Part shown: one piece after another, positions 19,522 through 29,661 of the stretch | Layout of the letters: every line of letters begins with the position of its first letter | How positions within the stretch are numbered: the first letter of the stretch is position 1 | Assembly (NCBI GenBank): GCA_043803405.1 | Contig: JAZDKB010000004.1 | Coordinates: forward strand, 64,001 to 128,000 | Direction: 5' to 3' | Length of the DNA: 64,000 nt | Source: Spirochaetota bacterium | GTDB taxonomy: Bacteria; Spirochaetota; UBA4802; JAFGDQ01 | Translations under genes and position numbers: made by a program | Notes under the pieces: model-generated | Seen by the model: the letters and a program-made list of their open reading frames with translations, nothing else | Databases searched by the model: none | What the model was told of the DNA's origin: nothing

Positions 19522-19824
19522 TTAACAATGAGCGCCATTATTGATCGTAAAACCTTCATTATAGGCTGTTTTGTAGAAATCTATTTCTAAAGGTGAATTG
19601 CCGCCTATCATGCCTATGGTTTTTTCATCAATTATGATCTTTACTTTATCGAAATTGTACAGCTTATCCTTTGTGTCTTTTGACTCATCCAGAGCCATCC
19701 CCAGATTGGGTCCGCCTCAGCCTATTCCTGCTACATAAAGTCTAAATGCAGGTTCCTTATAATCGGATTTTTCCAGTAGTTCACTAAGCCGAATCTTTGC
19801 TTCGTTGGTTATGTTGATATTCAT
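19522..19824 (-). CDS. HesB/IscA-like selenoprotein, 100 aa (Sec36); not in ORF track
   Basis: RBS AGAGGAG; MNINITNEAK...RLYVAGIG-U-GGPNLGMALDE...EIDF...GF...HC; the G-U-GGP.LG.ALDE context is typical of HesB-like selenoproteins; UGA at 19719-19717. Confidence 0.9.
19682..19696 (-). promoter_or_regulatory. Bacterial SECIS-like hairpin of the HesB-like gene
   Basis: GGCUC-UGGAU-GAGUC with the loop starting 25 nt after UGA; shares CUC(A/U)GGAUGAG with the neighbouring gene. Confidence 0.6.
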
Positions 19825-19858
19825 AATGTGCTCCTCTTTGTAATTATTTTTTATCTAT

Positions 19859-19886
19859 TTATCATATTATATTGATAATATGATAA
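19859..19886. promoter_or_regulatory. 12-4-12 inverted repeat, candidate ArsR operator
   Basis: TTATCATATTAT-ATTG-ATAATATGATAA between the arsR stop and the HesB-like RBS. Confidence 0.5.
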
Positions 19887-19902
19887 TAATGGCCAAAAAA
19901 AA

Positions 19903-20178
19903 TTATGATTGTAAAATCTTAATTATTTCCTTAACCCGTTTATCTACTACTTCATAGCACGTATTAACCCCGTCTTTTCTGGGTACTATTATACCTCTGT
20001 TTTTTAATACTGCCAGATGCTGTGAAACCGTCGACTGCGGGAGCTTAAGCTTTTCAACCATTTTGTTGACATTGCATTCATATTCGGCCATCAACCCCGT
20101 GATCAGTTTTAATCTTACAGGATGCCCGATGGCTTTTAATATTTCACTGTCTTTGTTAAAATCGATTGGTTTACTCAA
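19903..20178 (-). CDS. ArsR/SmtB family transcriptional repressor
   Basis: LKAIGHPVRL, QSTVSQHLAVLK..GI...RKDG...Y; two Cys (ECNV, TCY). Confidence 0.9.
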   Translation of the reverse strand: MSKPIDFNKDSEILKAIGHPVRLKLITGLMAEYECNVNKMVEKLKLPQSTVSQHLAVLKNRGIIVPRKDGVNTCYEVVDKRVKEIIKILQS

Positions 20179-20354
20179 AGCCTGCCCCTTTTTATCATTT
20201 ATATATCTATATATTACAATATTATAATATACTTGTCAAGTAAATATTTCGAAAAATACCCAGGAAAGCGCCTCAAAATTACTTTACAAATAAGGGGATA
20301 CTAATAAAAACGTAATCATAAATAAAAAAATACTATTATAGTACAGGGACTTTT

Positions 20355-20783
20355 ATGGAAAACAATATCACAAAAATGATAGTCGAAAGCAAACCTTCCA
20401 GCGTTACTCTTGCGTTCAGGTTGATTTTGGTTTCGATCGCGATCGGAATTATTAACATGATACTGGAATATTTTGAGGGTGGATTGTATTATTATTCAAC
20501 TTCCGGAATTATTGCCACAGCCCTTATTATAATGGGTATCATTCTTTTTCTGGCTTTTCAAATACAGAGAGGAAAAAACTGGGCGAGGATAATATTCTTT
20601 ATTGTTGTTTCCATTGGTATTGTTTTCTCAGTGCCTCAGTATATGAGCACTTTCAGCAGGAACTTTCACATCTGGATAATAAAAATTATTATGGCTTTGA
20701 TTGATATTGCTGTTATTGTTTTGCTCTTTAATAAACAATCCCACGATTGGTTTCTGAAGATAAAGAATTCCATGAAAGGATGA
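20355..20783 (+). CDS. Four-TM membrane protein
   Basis: Four hydrophobic segments; GKNWARI and LLF...S..WF motifs. Confidence 0.7.
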   Translation: MENNITKMIVESKPSSVTLAFRLILVSIAIGIINMILEYFEGGLYYYSTSGIIATALIIMGIILFLAFQIQRGKNWARIIFFIVVSIGIVFSVPQYMSTFSRNFHIWIIKIIMALIDIAVIVLLFNKQSHDWFLKIKNSMKG

Positions 20784-20785
20784 TT

Positions 20786-21478
20786 TTATTTATTCTTTTT
20801 TGCGATTAATATTATACCTGTAAAAAACAGTATTACTGCGATTAACAGTTTTGTTATATTGTTTTTGTTAAATGAGATATTTTCTTCATCTATATCTATG
20901 TTAAGCGATCCTGTAAGAATAAATTTGTTTTCTTTTTTATTATGCTGCTGTGCCGATTTATTAAATGCTCTAACCATGTCTTCGGCTTTTAATGTACCGG
21001 TTAATATTTTACCGTCAAATGAAGGGTTAGATGAGAGCTTTTCTATTTCTGCTGAATCTGCGGCATCGAACTTCTCCCATATCCCCCGAATCCCCTGGAT
21101 GCTGGCATACTTCAGGTCAAAATGTTCAGGATTTTTTTCTGTTCTGATAAAGATGCTTTTGTGAGAGCTTCCGTCTCTGAATAGATAATAATATTCCAAA
21201 CCGACTAACTTGTTAAATATCGGTAGATATTTACGACCTTTGCGTAATTCTTTTACAAAGCTTCCGGCAATGTCAATATCGCCTTTTAGCGAAAGGTAGT
21301 CTGACCTGATACTGTTTTTATCTATCATGCTGATAGTTGCGATCTCCGGAATTTTATTTAATTCAAAATAACGAGGCAGATAGTTGTACATGATGATAAC
21401 GGAGCCGGAAACGCATATTATGGCGAAGATAATAATGATTATTCTTCTGAGTTGCTTAGCGAGCGGATTATTGTCCAT
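20786..21478 (-). CDS. Hypothetical membrane protein (TM at both ends)
   Basis: 230-aa ORF with N- and C-terminal hydrophobic helices. Confidence 0.6.
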   Translation of the reverse strand: MDNNPLAKQLRRIIIIIFAIICVSGSVIIMYNYLPRYFELNKIPEIATISMIDKNSIRSDYLSLKGDIDIAGSFVKELRKGRKYLPIFNKLVGLEYYYLFRDGSSHKSIFIRTEKNPEHFDLKYASIQGIRGIWEKFDAADSAEIEKLSSNPSFDGKILTGTLKAEDMVRAFNKSAQQHNKKENKFILTGSLNIDIDEENISFNKNNITKLLIAVILFFTGIILIAKKNK

Positions 21479-21659
21479 TTTATTTATGATTCAAAAAACG
21501 ATTGATATATATAATATAGTGTACTTGCTATTTTTAAGATGAGTTCAAATTTTTTCCACATTTTTTTAAAAAGACTGCGATAAAATAAATTGACTTTTTT
21601 TAAAGTATCTAACCTGATTTTCGGCATTAACAAATAAAAACGATATATTCCACGGAAAA

Positions 21660-22847
21660 ATGATCCCCCAGAATATTGAACGTCGCATTCGTCAGCACAT
21701 ACAGGCAGGGAAGCATATTTTTTTTGCTATTGTTCAGCCTGGTTTTGAAGAGACAGCTTTGCAGGAAATTTTGTGCAAAGACGTTCAGCTTTCGGATATT
21801 AAAATCACAGAAGGCGGGATAGAATTCAGCGCCGGCATTAAAGATATATGGGAATTAAATTTTACATCCGGGTGTCTTACGCGGATATTGATGAGGATCG
21901 GAGTTTTTAAAGCTTTATATTTTGAAAAGTTTCGTGAAAAGATTGAATCAGTGCCATGGGAACTTTATTTAAAGCCTGAACAAACACCGGGCTTTAGTAT
22001 TAAATGCAGGCATTCGAGGCTTTATCATACCGGGCGCATTGAAGAGGAATGCGGAAAAGGCATACTGTCACGCATGGAAAAAGTATATCCGGCAACGGCA
22101 CGAGAAGAGTCATCCGAAGTAAATAGGCCGACTGTGTATGTACGCTTCGAAGACGACATCTGCACTGTAAGCATCGATACGACTGGGGAGCCTTTATATC
22201 GAAGAGGCTTTCGCACCCACATAGCAAAAGCTCCCATGAGGGAGACACTTGCTTCGTGTATTTTGCGCGAGGCTGGCGTTGAAAAGTTCGATGCTCTTCT
22301 GGATCCGATGTGCGGTTCCGGAGTTATACCTCTCGAAGGCGCGCTTATCTCAAGGGGCATCCCTGCCGGAATGTGCCGTTATTTTGCATTCGAGGACTGG
22401 CCCGGGCATCGCGAAAAAGCCTTTAATTATCTGAAAAAGAAAATTATTAAGAAAAGCAAATCAGGGTCTACAGGGTTTGCTGTTTATGCTTCCGATATTG
22501 ATGAGAAAGCAGTAGAGACGGCGCGTTATAATTTCGGGACTTCGGGCATTGCGGGGGATGTCGAAATATCCTGCTCCGATTTTTTTTCTCTTAAGCGCAA
22601 AGACTTTCCGGAGGAGAAGCTGCTGATTGCATTCAATCCGCCTTACGGCGAAAGGATCGGCCTGAAGGATGTAACGCAATTATACAGACAGATAGGAATT
22701 AAACTACGCAGTGGTTTTTCAGGATCGGTCTGTGCCGTTATTGTCCCAGGTATCAAAGCGGAAAAAGCGCTGGGGATATCTCCTATAAAAAGAATTCAGT
22801 TCATCAACGGCGGTATCCGGGTTGCGCTGGTTATCGGATTATGTTAA
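21660..22847 (+). CDS. THUMP-domain RNA methyltransferase (RlmL/YpsC-like)
   Basis: SIDTTGEPLYRRGFR, AP.RETLA, DPMCGSG, NPPYGERI. Confidence 0.88.
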   Translation: MIPQNIERRIRQHIQAGKHIFFAIVQPGFEETALQEILCKDVQLSDIKITEGGIEFSAGIKDIWELNFTSGCLTRILMRIGVFKALYFEKFREKIESVPWELYLKPEQTPGFSIKCRHSRLYHTGRIEEECGKGILSRMEKVYPATAREESSEVNRPTVYVRFEDDICTVSIDTTGEPLYRRGFRTHIAKAPMRETLASCILREAGVEKFDALLDPMCGSGVIPLEGALISRGIPAGMCRYFAFEDWPGHREKAFNYLKKKIIKKSKSGSTGFAVYASDIDEKAVETARYNFGTSGIAGDVEISCSDFFSLKRKDFPEEKLLIAFNPPYGERIGLKDVTQLYRQIGIKLRSGFSGSVCAVIVPGIKAEKALGISPIKRIQFINGGIRVALVIGLC

Positions 22848-22912
22848 TCCTGTCTTTCGGTATACCTGAACTGCATATCCGCTTTTTTTAAAGCTGAAAT
22901 TACAGGCTGCCT

Positions 22913-24421
22913 TTATAGGCTGTTGCAGCAAAAGATGTCTATTGTTTTACCATCTGTGGTAACCAGAGCATCATCATTTTGAACCGTAAGACGCTTTCCA
23001 GTTTTCCAGTGTTTTAACCCTCCGCTTATCATGTTAATAGCGCGCCTGGGAATTATAGACTCATTTAGTTTTAAACGAATCGGATCCGGCATAGCCGAAT
23101 ATCCGTTGTTGATGACCACAAGGGCAACGTCGTCCGTTGCAATCCGCAAAAACGCGTATACCAGATCGTCCGACCACAGCGTTATGGTTGTGCCGTATTT
23201 AAGAGCCGCGTTTTCCCTGCGTAACCGTATCAGATCGCGTGTCCATATATATATTTCGTGTTCCTTGCGGTATCGCTCTTCCGGGTGGTTGTTGCTGCCG
23301 ATCACATGCCACGGAAAATCGCGGCGCAGATCGCGGTCATCTCCGGTCTTCCATCCTTCAAGCCCCAGCTCGGTGCCGTAGTATATCTGCGGGATCCCGC
23401 GCATTGTGAAAAGGGCGCTCAGACACAGCTTTGTTACACGTATTGCCCAGTCAAGGCCTGCTCCGTCGCCAGTATGCTTTGTCCTTGCATGGCTCATGAT
23501 CCGCCGTTCCAGGTCGTGGTTATCCAGAAGAGTAACCAGCCTGTTCGCATTGCGGTAGCCTCCCCTGACAGGGTTGTCATTATCGAGCACGCCTAGCGGC
23601 TCATTGTCGTTCAGCCGCGGACGCGCAAGCCAGTAGCACAGGCTGTCATCGTAAATTAAAGTTGAGCGCAGGGCAGTGCATAACGGGAAATCGAAGATTG
23701 AATCGAAATCATGGTAATTCTGGTACTGGAGCAGCTTTTCGACTTCGTCCTTGCCTTCAAACAGCACCTCCCCGATAAGACAGAGTTCAGGATATTCGCC
23801 GCGGAGCTGGGATTTGAAATAATGCCAGAATTTCGGTTCTACGTGCTTCACGGTATCCATACGGATATTGGTGACCTTGCCTTTATTTATCCAGTCCTGG
23901 ATGTTGTTTATAAAGTAGTCGAGTACCTGGGGATTGTCATGATCAAAGTCGGGCAGGCCGGCAAGCTCCCCTTTAATGTCGCCGGTACCGCCGGTGTTGA
24001 ACCATGAAGGATCAAAGTTCACCTGCGCTCCATATCCAGCATGATTCACAACCATATCGAGTACAACCTTTATGTCTCTTGATTCACATATCTCGACGAA
24101 TTTTCCGAGTGTGCTCATGTCTGCTGACCTGGGTAAATACGTGCCGTCGAGCAGCCTCGCGTCGAGTCGCTCAAAATTTTGCGGCCAGTAATAGTGGTAG
24201 GGGTCAAAAGCGCCGGACTTGGGGATATTCTCATAAACGGGGGTTATCCATACTGTTGTTACGCCCAGCTCGATTAGATAGTTGAGTTTGTCAACAATTC
24301 CGTCGAGCGTCCCTCCGTGAATGCTTGTGTCCGATGGATCTGCGTTTTGCTTATTTCTGCCGAAGAAGCGATCCGTTACAATGAAGTAGATAATGTCATC
24401 CTGAGTAACATGTTTTATCAT
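22913..24421 (-). CDS. Cytoplasmic GH13 alpha-amylase-family glycosidase
   Basis: DMVVNH, RMDTVKH (nucleophile), GEV (acid/base), LDNHD, RGIPQIYYGTE; no signal peptide. Confidence 0.9.
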   Translation of the reverse strand: MIKHVTQDDIIYFIVTDRFFGRNKQNADPSDTSIHGGTLDGIVDKLNYLIELGVTTVWITPVYENIPKSGAFDPYHYYWPQNFERLDARLLDGTYLPRSADMSTLGKFVEICESRDIKVVLDMVVNHAGYGAQVNFDPSWFNTGGTGDIKGELAGLPDFDHDNPQVLDYFINNIQDWINKGKVTNIRMDTVKHVEPKFWHYFKSQLRGEYPELCLIGEVLFEGKDEVEKLLQYQNYHDFDSIFDFPLCTALRSTLIYDDSLCYWLARPRLNDNEPLGVLDNDNPVRGGYRNANRLVTLLDNHDLERRIMSHARTKHTGDGAGLDWAIRVTKLCLSALFTMRGIPQIYYGTELGLEGWKTGDDRDLRRDFPWHVIGSNNHPEERYRKEHEIYIWTRDLIRLRRENAALKYGTTITLWSDDLVYAFLRIATDDVALVVINNGYSAMPDPIRLKLNESIIPRRAINMISGGLKHWKTGKRLTVQNDDALVTTDGKTIDIFCCNSL

Positions 24422-24527
24422 ATTTCCCCCTTAACAATGTTTAATACCGACAAAGTATTGAACAATGATATGGGTGAAATAGCCGGCATTGTCGTATTTA
24501 TATCATTGCTTAAAGCAATTGTCAATA

Positions 24528-25307
24528 CTACGCAAATCCTTCGCAAAAGGAATCCATATTTAAACCGATTGATGCATGGTCGTACCCTCCCTCGAGGATC
24601 GCATATCTTCGTCCGTTGCAAAGCTTTTCCGAGTATTCCTTCATCAGCCGCCCGAGCTCGGTGTAATCCTCGGGATAAAGAAGAGCGCCCCAGTCGTAAA
24701 TGCCCTGATCGAATCCTGCCGATGCTGCGAAAATATCGACATCCTTTAAATCTTTCATGTAGTCTTCGACTTCACGGATATAATTGCGCCTTGTTGACGA
24801 TGCGGGATTGAGTATATAGACAGTGAGGCCGTCAGTCCGATCGTCCAGAATATTTATATTCCCGTCCCCGGTATGAAGATCAAAATCGAGCACAAAGGCT
24901 TTTTTAATTTTTTTCTCAGCATACAGTTTCAGGAGGCTTATGGACATGTTATTGAAGTAACAGAAACCCCAGCACGAATCACCCGAAGCGTGATGCCCCG
25001 GAGGCCGAATCACTGCGAATGCAGGCTCGCCGTTGCAGGCTGTTTCAGCTGCCATGATGGCTCCCCCTGCTGCCAGAGCCGACAGCTCGTACAGAAGGGT
25101 ATCCTGTTTTATATAATCATAGTGGGTCCTGCCGTGCGCTCTTAAAATATCTGCCTCGCTTGCAGGGACAGGCGTAATAATATCATATTTTTCGGGCTTT
25201 TCTTTTATTATCTTCATTATCCCGTCAAGACGGCCTTCACGGGATGCCGGGTCCATAGAGTAACTTGAATTATAGTAACGCTCATGGAAAACGATTTTCA
25301 TGCTCAT
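24528..25307 (-). CDS. Histone deacetylase-family amidohydrolase
   Basis: RPPGHH, GFCYFNN, DFDLHTGDG, SAGFD, LEGGY; RBS GGAGG favours ATG 25307. Confidence 0.9.
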   Translation of the reverse strand: MSMKIVFHERYYNSSYSMDPASREGRLDGIMKIIKEKPEKYDIITPVPASEADILRAHGRTHYDYIKQDTLLYELSALAAGGAIMAAETACNGEPAFAVIRPPGHHASGDSCWGFCYFNNMSISLLKLYAEKKIKKAFVLDFDLHTGDGNINILDDRTDGLTVYILNPASSTRRNYIREVEDYMKDLKDVDIFAASAGFDQGIYDWGALLYPEDYTELGRLMKEYSEKLCNGRRYAILEGGYDHASIGLNMDSFCEGFA

Positions 25308-25446
25308 ATTTTCCTCCACCAGATAAATCTTATAATTATTATCATATTATTAATATGGATAGAATCAAGTATAAAAAATGAATTTTCGTATGGGAAGATC
25401 CTGGGAGATGTTTGCATTTAATGATACATTGAGGCAGAACCTCTAT

Positions 25447-25478
25447 GGCAAATTGCCTGCTTTGTATGGCAATTTGCC
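25447..25478 (-). terminator. 11-bp perfect inverted repeat just 3' of pgk (terminator or stability hairpin)
   Basis: GGCAAATTGCC-N10-GGCAATTTGCC; no clear U tract. Confidence 0.45.
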
Positions 25479-25495
25479 GGTATAGAACCGAAATA

Positions 25496-26668
25496 TTATT
25501 TGTCCAGCGCAGCAACTCCGGGAAGCGTTTTGCCTTCGAGAAGTTCGAGGAACGCTCCGCCGCCAGTTGAGATGTACGACATCTTGTCCGCTAAGCCGTT
25601 GTCGTTTACAGCTGTTACGCTGTCGCCGCCGCCCACTACGCTAACCGGGCACATCGCGATCGCTTTGCCGATATCGATAGTGCCTTTAGCGAAATTTGGC
25701 ATCTCGAAAGCGCCCATTGGGCCGTTCCACACAACTGTCTTTGCGTTTTTAATAACTTTGCCGAATGCTTCGATCGTTTTCGGTCCTATGTCGAGGCCCA
25801 TCATGTTATCCGGGATCTTATCAATGCTTACGCTGCTTGCGGGCGAATCATTTTTAAACTCGGAAGCTATTACAGTATCAACAGGCAGCAGTATTTTATC
25901 TTTCCCCAGATCAAGAATTTCTTTTGCAGTGTTAACCAGGTTATTTTCCAGCAGTGATTTACCCACATTATATCCTTTGGCTTTTAAAAAAGTATATGCC
26001 ATTCCGCCGCCTATGATTAAGTAATCAACTTTGTTAATTAAATTTTTCAGCACTTCGAGCTTGGTAGATATCTTTGCGCCGCCTATGACCGCTACAAGAG
26101 GACGCTGAGGATTAGCAGTGATCTTTTTAAAATACTCGATCTCGTCTTTAAGAAGGAAGCCTGCGCCGCACTCTTTTACAAACTTCGTGATCGCTTCATT
26201 GGAAGCATGTCCCCTGTGGGCTGTTGCGAACGCGTCGTCAATGTACACATCGCCGAGGCTCGCAAGTTTTTTACCGAATTCCTTATCGTTCTTTTCTTCT
26301 TCGGGATAGAACCTGATATTCTCCAGAAGGGCAACGTCGCCTCCCTTCAGTTTGTCGACTGCCGCTTTTGCCTTGTCGCCTATCGGTTCCTCAATAAATT
26401 TGACTTCCTTTCCCAGCACTTCAGAAAGGCGCTTTGCAACAGGTTTAAGGCTCATCTTCGGCACAACCTTTCCATCCGGCCGCCCAAGATGCGAAATAAG
26501 AATAACCTTTGCGTTATTATCCATGCAGTATTTCAGTGTAGGCAGTGTAGCAGTGATCCGCGTATCATCTGTAATTTTCATTTCCTTATCATAAGGAACA
26601 TTATAATCCACCCTGATGACTACGCTTTTATTTTTTAAGTTAATTTGATCGATATACTTGATCGCCAT
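25496..26668 (-). CDS. pgk: Phosphoglycerate kinase
   Basis: RVDYNVP, SHLGRP, LLENIRF, WNGPMG.FE, STGGGAFLE. Confidence 0.98.
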   Translation of the reverse strand: MAIKYIDQINLKNKSVVIRVDYNVPYDKEMKITDDTRITATLPTLKYCMDNNAKVILISHLGRPDGKVVPKMSLKPVAKRLSEVLGKEVKFIEEPIGDKAKAAVDKLKGGDVALLENIRFYPEEEKNDKEFGKKLASLGDVYIDDAFATAHRGHASNEAITKFVKECGAGFLLKDEIEYFKKITANPQRPLVAVIGGAKISTKLEVLKNLINKVDYLIIGGGMAYTFLKAKGYNVGKSLLENNLVNTAKEILDLGKDKILLPVDTVIASEFKNDSPASSVSIDKIPDNMMGLDIGPKTIEAFGKVIKNAKTVVWNGPMGAFEMPNFAKGTIDIGKAIAMCPVSVVGGGDSVTAVNDNGLADKMSYISTGGGAFLELLEGKTLPGVAALDK

Positions 26669-26737
26669 ATTTATCTCCTGTTAAAATAATATTTATTGTG
26701 AATTAAAAAATATATTGTAAGATATTTAATCGTTCGC

Positions 26738-27619
26738 TTATTGCAAATCCTGCTTCAGTTTACGCTTTGTTATTATCTTCGATATGATTATCGAGATCTC
26801 ATATAAAAGCATCACAGGCACAGCAACCAGGGTCTGGCTGAGTATGTCGGGCCCCGGGGTCAGCAGCGCCGCGAATATCCATATCAGCACAATCGCGTAT
26901 TTTCTTTTCGAGATCAAAACAGCCGGGCTAATGATGCCGATCTTTGTAAGAATCATGATCAGCACAGGCAGTTCGCACATTAGCCCCATCGCAAAACAGA
27001 AAAGCATAACAAAGCTTAAATATTTGCTCGCTCCAATTATACTATTCATATTGTCGGGTGTAAAGCTTAAAAGCATTGGTATCGCTATAGGCAGCAGAAA
27101 AAAATATGTGAGTACAATGCCGGTGTACATTAAAAATACAGCGGCAATAACCGAAAAGCCGATAAACCTTCTATCGTTCCTGCTGATTGCAGGTACAATA
27201 TATTTCCATATTTCGTAAACAATTACAGGCAAGCATGTAAATATACCTGCAATAAGCGCGGCCTTAGCCCTGATGACGAATCCTTCACTTAAATTAAATA
27301 AGCTTAATTTTAGGCCTGTTTTTAAAAACGGTTTATTGATAATATTTATTATATAATCAGATAGAAAGAAAAAGCTGGCAAGGGTGACTATTGTAATGCT
27401 GGTAAGTGATACTATCAGTCTGGAGCGCATCTCGTTTAAATGGCCCACCAGAGTCATAGGCAGGTCGTTGCGGTCAGCCGCGTTCTCATCTGTTTCGTTA
27501 TACGGCGAAAGCGCGTCGCCGGATGATTTGCTGTTTTTGCTTTTAGATTTTTTTAGATATGGATCCTTATGCTTTTCGCTTTTGCCGGATTTTTGCGGGA
27601 TGTTCTTTTTTGCTGTCAC
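26738..27619 (-). CDS. tatC: Twin-arginine translocase subunit TatC
   Basis: M.L..HL.E.R.RL, YEIW.YI.PA, ELP, RKYA, AALLTP.PD, LLYE; charged N-terminal extension. Confidence 0.93.
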   Translation of the reverse strand: MTAKKNIPQKSGKSEKHKDPYLKKSKSKNSKSSGDALSPYNETDENAADRNDLPMTLVGHLNEMRSRLIVSLTSITIVTLASFFFLSDYIINIINKPFLKTGLKLSLFNLSEGFVIRAKAALIAGIFTCLPVIVYEIWKYIVPAISRNDRRFIGFSVIAAVFLMYTGIVLTYFFLLPIAIPMLLSFTPDNMNSIIGASKYLSFVMLFCFAMGLMCELPVLIMILTKIGIISPAVLISKRKYAIVLIWIFAALLTPGPDILSQTLVAVPVMLLYEISIIISKIITKRKLKQDLQ

Positions 27620-27772
27620 CTGGAGTTTTCTCCGAAAAAAGAAATTAAAATAAGGATAAGTTGTATTTAATACATCAACCCCTTTAGAGGGACTGGGCTG
27701 CCTAACGTTAAATATCTGTTATTATTATTTGCTTTTGGCAATCATACTTGTATACCATCGCAATTGCCCTTT

Positions 27773-27965
27773 CAGCCCCCTAACCCCCGAAGGGGGCAGG
27801 ATCGGGAAAAATATTTATATTATAACTTATATCTTTAACCAGATATATTATATTATCTGATATTTTTACTCTTTATTCGTTGATTTAAACCTTTTAAATA
27901 CTAAAGATAAATAATATCGATTCAACACATTCCCAATCATGCCCCCTTCGGGGGTTAGGGGGCTG
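27773..27965. repeat. Inverted pair of GC-rich REP elements enclosing an AT-rich spacer
   Basis: Perfect 26-bp arms CAGCCCCCTAACCCCCGAAGGGGGCA (27773-27798) and its reverse complement (27940-27965); degenerate third copy near 27678-27700. Confidence 0.85.
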
Positions 27966-28042
27966 GGAACATATGTTTAAACTGGCACATAGGTTACAAT
28001 TTAAACTAAGCGCATAGTTTGCACTTTTATTTATTTTACGAA

Positions 28043-29461
28043 TCAATATCTGTATAAATCAGACTTAAACGGGCCGTTTATCGGGATACCGAGATAATCG
28101 GACTGCTCTTTTGTCAGCTTTGAAACTGTAGCTCCAAGCCTTTCCAGATGAAGCCTTGCGACTTCCTCGTCAAGCTCTTTCGGCAAAGTATAAACTTTCT
28201 TCTCCAGCTTTTCTTTCGCGAGCTTCATTTGAGCTAAACACTGATTCGTAAAGCTGGTGCTCATTACAAAGCTGGGATGACCTGTTGCGCATCCAAGATT
28301 GACAAGTCTTCCTTCAGCAAGGACAATAATGGAACGCCCGGATTTTAAAGTCCATTTATCAACCTGCGGCTTAATATTTTCCTTTTTGCAATCCTTGCTA
28401 TTCTCCAGATACGACATTTCAATTTCATCATCAAAGTGGCCTATGTTGCAGACAATTGCTTCATCTTTCATCTTTTCCATGTGCTCGCCTGTAATTACCC
28501 TGCAGCACCCGGTAGCTGTAACAAAAATATCCCCTATGGAAGCCGCCTTATCCAAAGAAGTAATCTCGAATCCTGCCATCAATGCCTGCAATGTGCAGAT
28601 AGGATCGATCTCTGTAATAAGCACGCGCGCGCCGAAGCCTCTCATTGACTGAGCGCATCCTTTGCCCACATCGCCGTACCCGCAGATCACGATTACTTTA
28701 CCTGCAATCATGATGTCCGTAGCGCGTTTGATGCCGTCTGCGAGCGATTCCCTGCAGCCGTACAGGTTATCGAACTTCGACTTGGTTACCGAGTCGTTTA
28801 CGTTTATTGCAGGGAAAAGCAGTTCGCCTCTTTCCATCAGCTGATATAATCTGTGTACGCCTGTTGTAGTTTCTTCGGAAACCCCGCGTACTTTTGCAGC
28901 TATTTTTGTCCATTTTTTCGGGTCATTTTTAAAGCCATCTTTTAGCCTGTCAATTATTAGCTGGAATTCCTTGTTGGAATATTTCTTTTCCAGAAGTGAA
29001 GGATCTTTCTCGGCTTTAACGCCTTCGTGAATCATCAGCGTTGCGTCCCCGCCGTCGTCTACAAGCAGGTCGGGACCTGATCCGTCGGGCCATGTAAGCG
29101 CCTGCTCTGTGCACCACCAGTATTCTTCAAGTGTCTCGGCCTTCCACGCGAAGACGGCAGCGCTGCCTGCTTTTGCAATCGCAGCAGCAGCATTGTCCTG
29201 CGTAGAGTAAATATTGCACGACGCCCATCTCACGTCCGCGCCAAGCGCTGTAAGCGTTTCAATCAGCATGGCGGTCTGTATGGTCATGTGCAGGCTTCCC
29301 ATTACCTTCATGCCTTTAAGGGGCTTTTCCGGGCCGTATTTTTTTCTGATTGCCATAAGGCCGGGCATCTCGTTTTCCGAAAGCTGCATTTCTTTTCTGC
29401 CCCAGTCAGCATGAGACATATCAGCCACCTTATATTTTAAGGTCTTGTCTAACTTAATCAT
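28043..29461 (-). CDS. ahcY: S-adenosyl-L-homocysteine hydrolase
   Basis: [61 protein letters not shown] before ATG 29461. Confidence 0.98.
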   Translation of the reverse strand: MIKLDKTLKYKVADMSHADWGRKEMQLSENEMPGLMAIRKKYGPEKPLKGMKVMGSLHMTIQTAMLIETLTALGADVRWASCNIYSTQDNAAAAIAKAGSAAVFAWKAETLEEYWWCTEQALTWPDGSGPDLLVDDGGDATLMIHEGVKAEKDPSLLEKKYSNKEFQLIIDRLKDGFKNDPKKWTKIAAKVRGVSEETTTGVHRLYQLMERGELLFPAINVNDSVTKSKFDNLYGCRESLADGIKRATDIMIAGKVIVICGYGDVGKGCAQSMRGFGARVLITEIDPICTLQALMAGFEITSLDKAASIGDIFVTATGCCRVITGEHMEKMKDEAIVCNIGHFDDEIEMSYLENSKDCKKENIKPQVDKWTLKSGRSIIVLAEGRLVNLGCATGHPSFVMSTSFTNQCLAQMKLAKEKLEKKVYTLPKELDEEVARLHLERLGATVSKLTKEQSDYLGIPINGPFKSDLYRY

Positions 29462-29661
29462 TTTTTTCTCCTGATTTATTTTCACTTAAGATTTGTCCCA
29501 AAACTTATAACCCGATATGGCTATATATTGGTTTATGGGCATACCTTTCAAATGTGTTTCAATATTATTTCTCCCGGTTTACAATGCCGGGACTGAATGC
29601 CGGCATACTTTTTCCTTGTTGCCGGCTGCTTTAATTTCAGTTGATTTTTCGATAAATTTGA

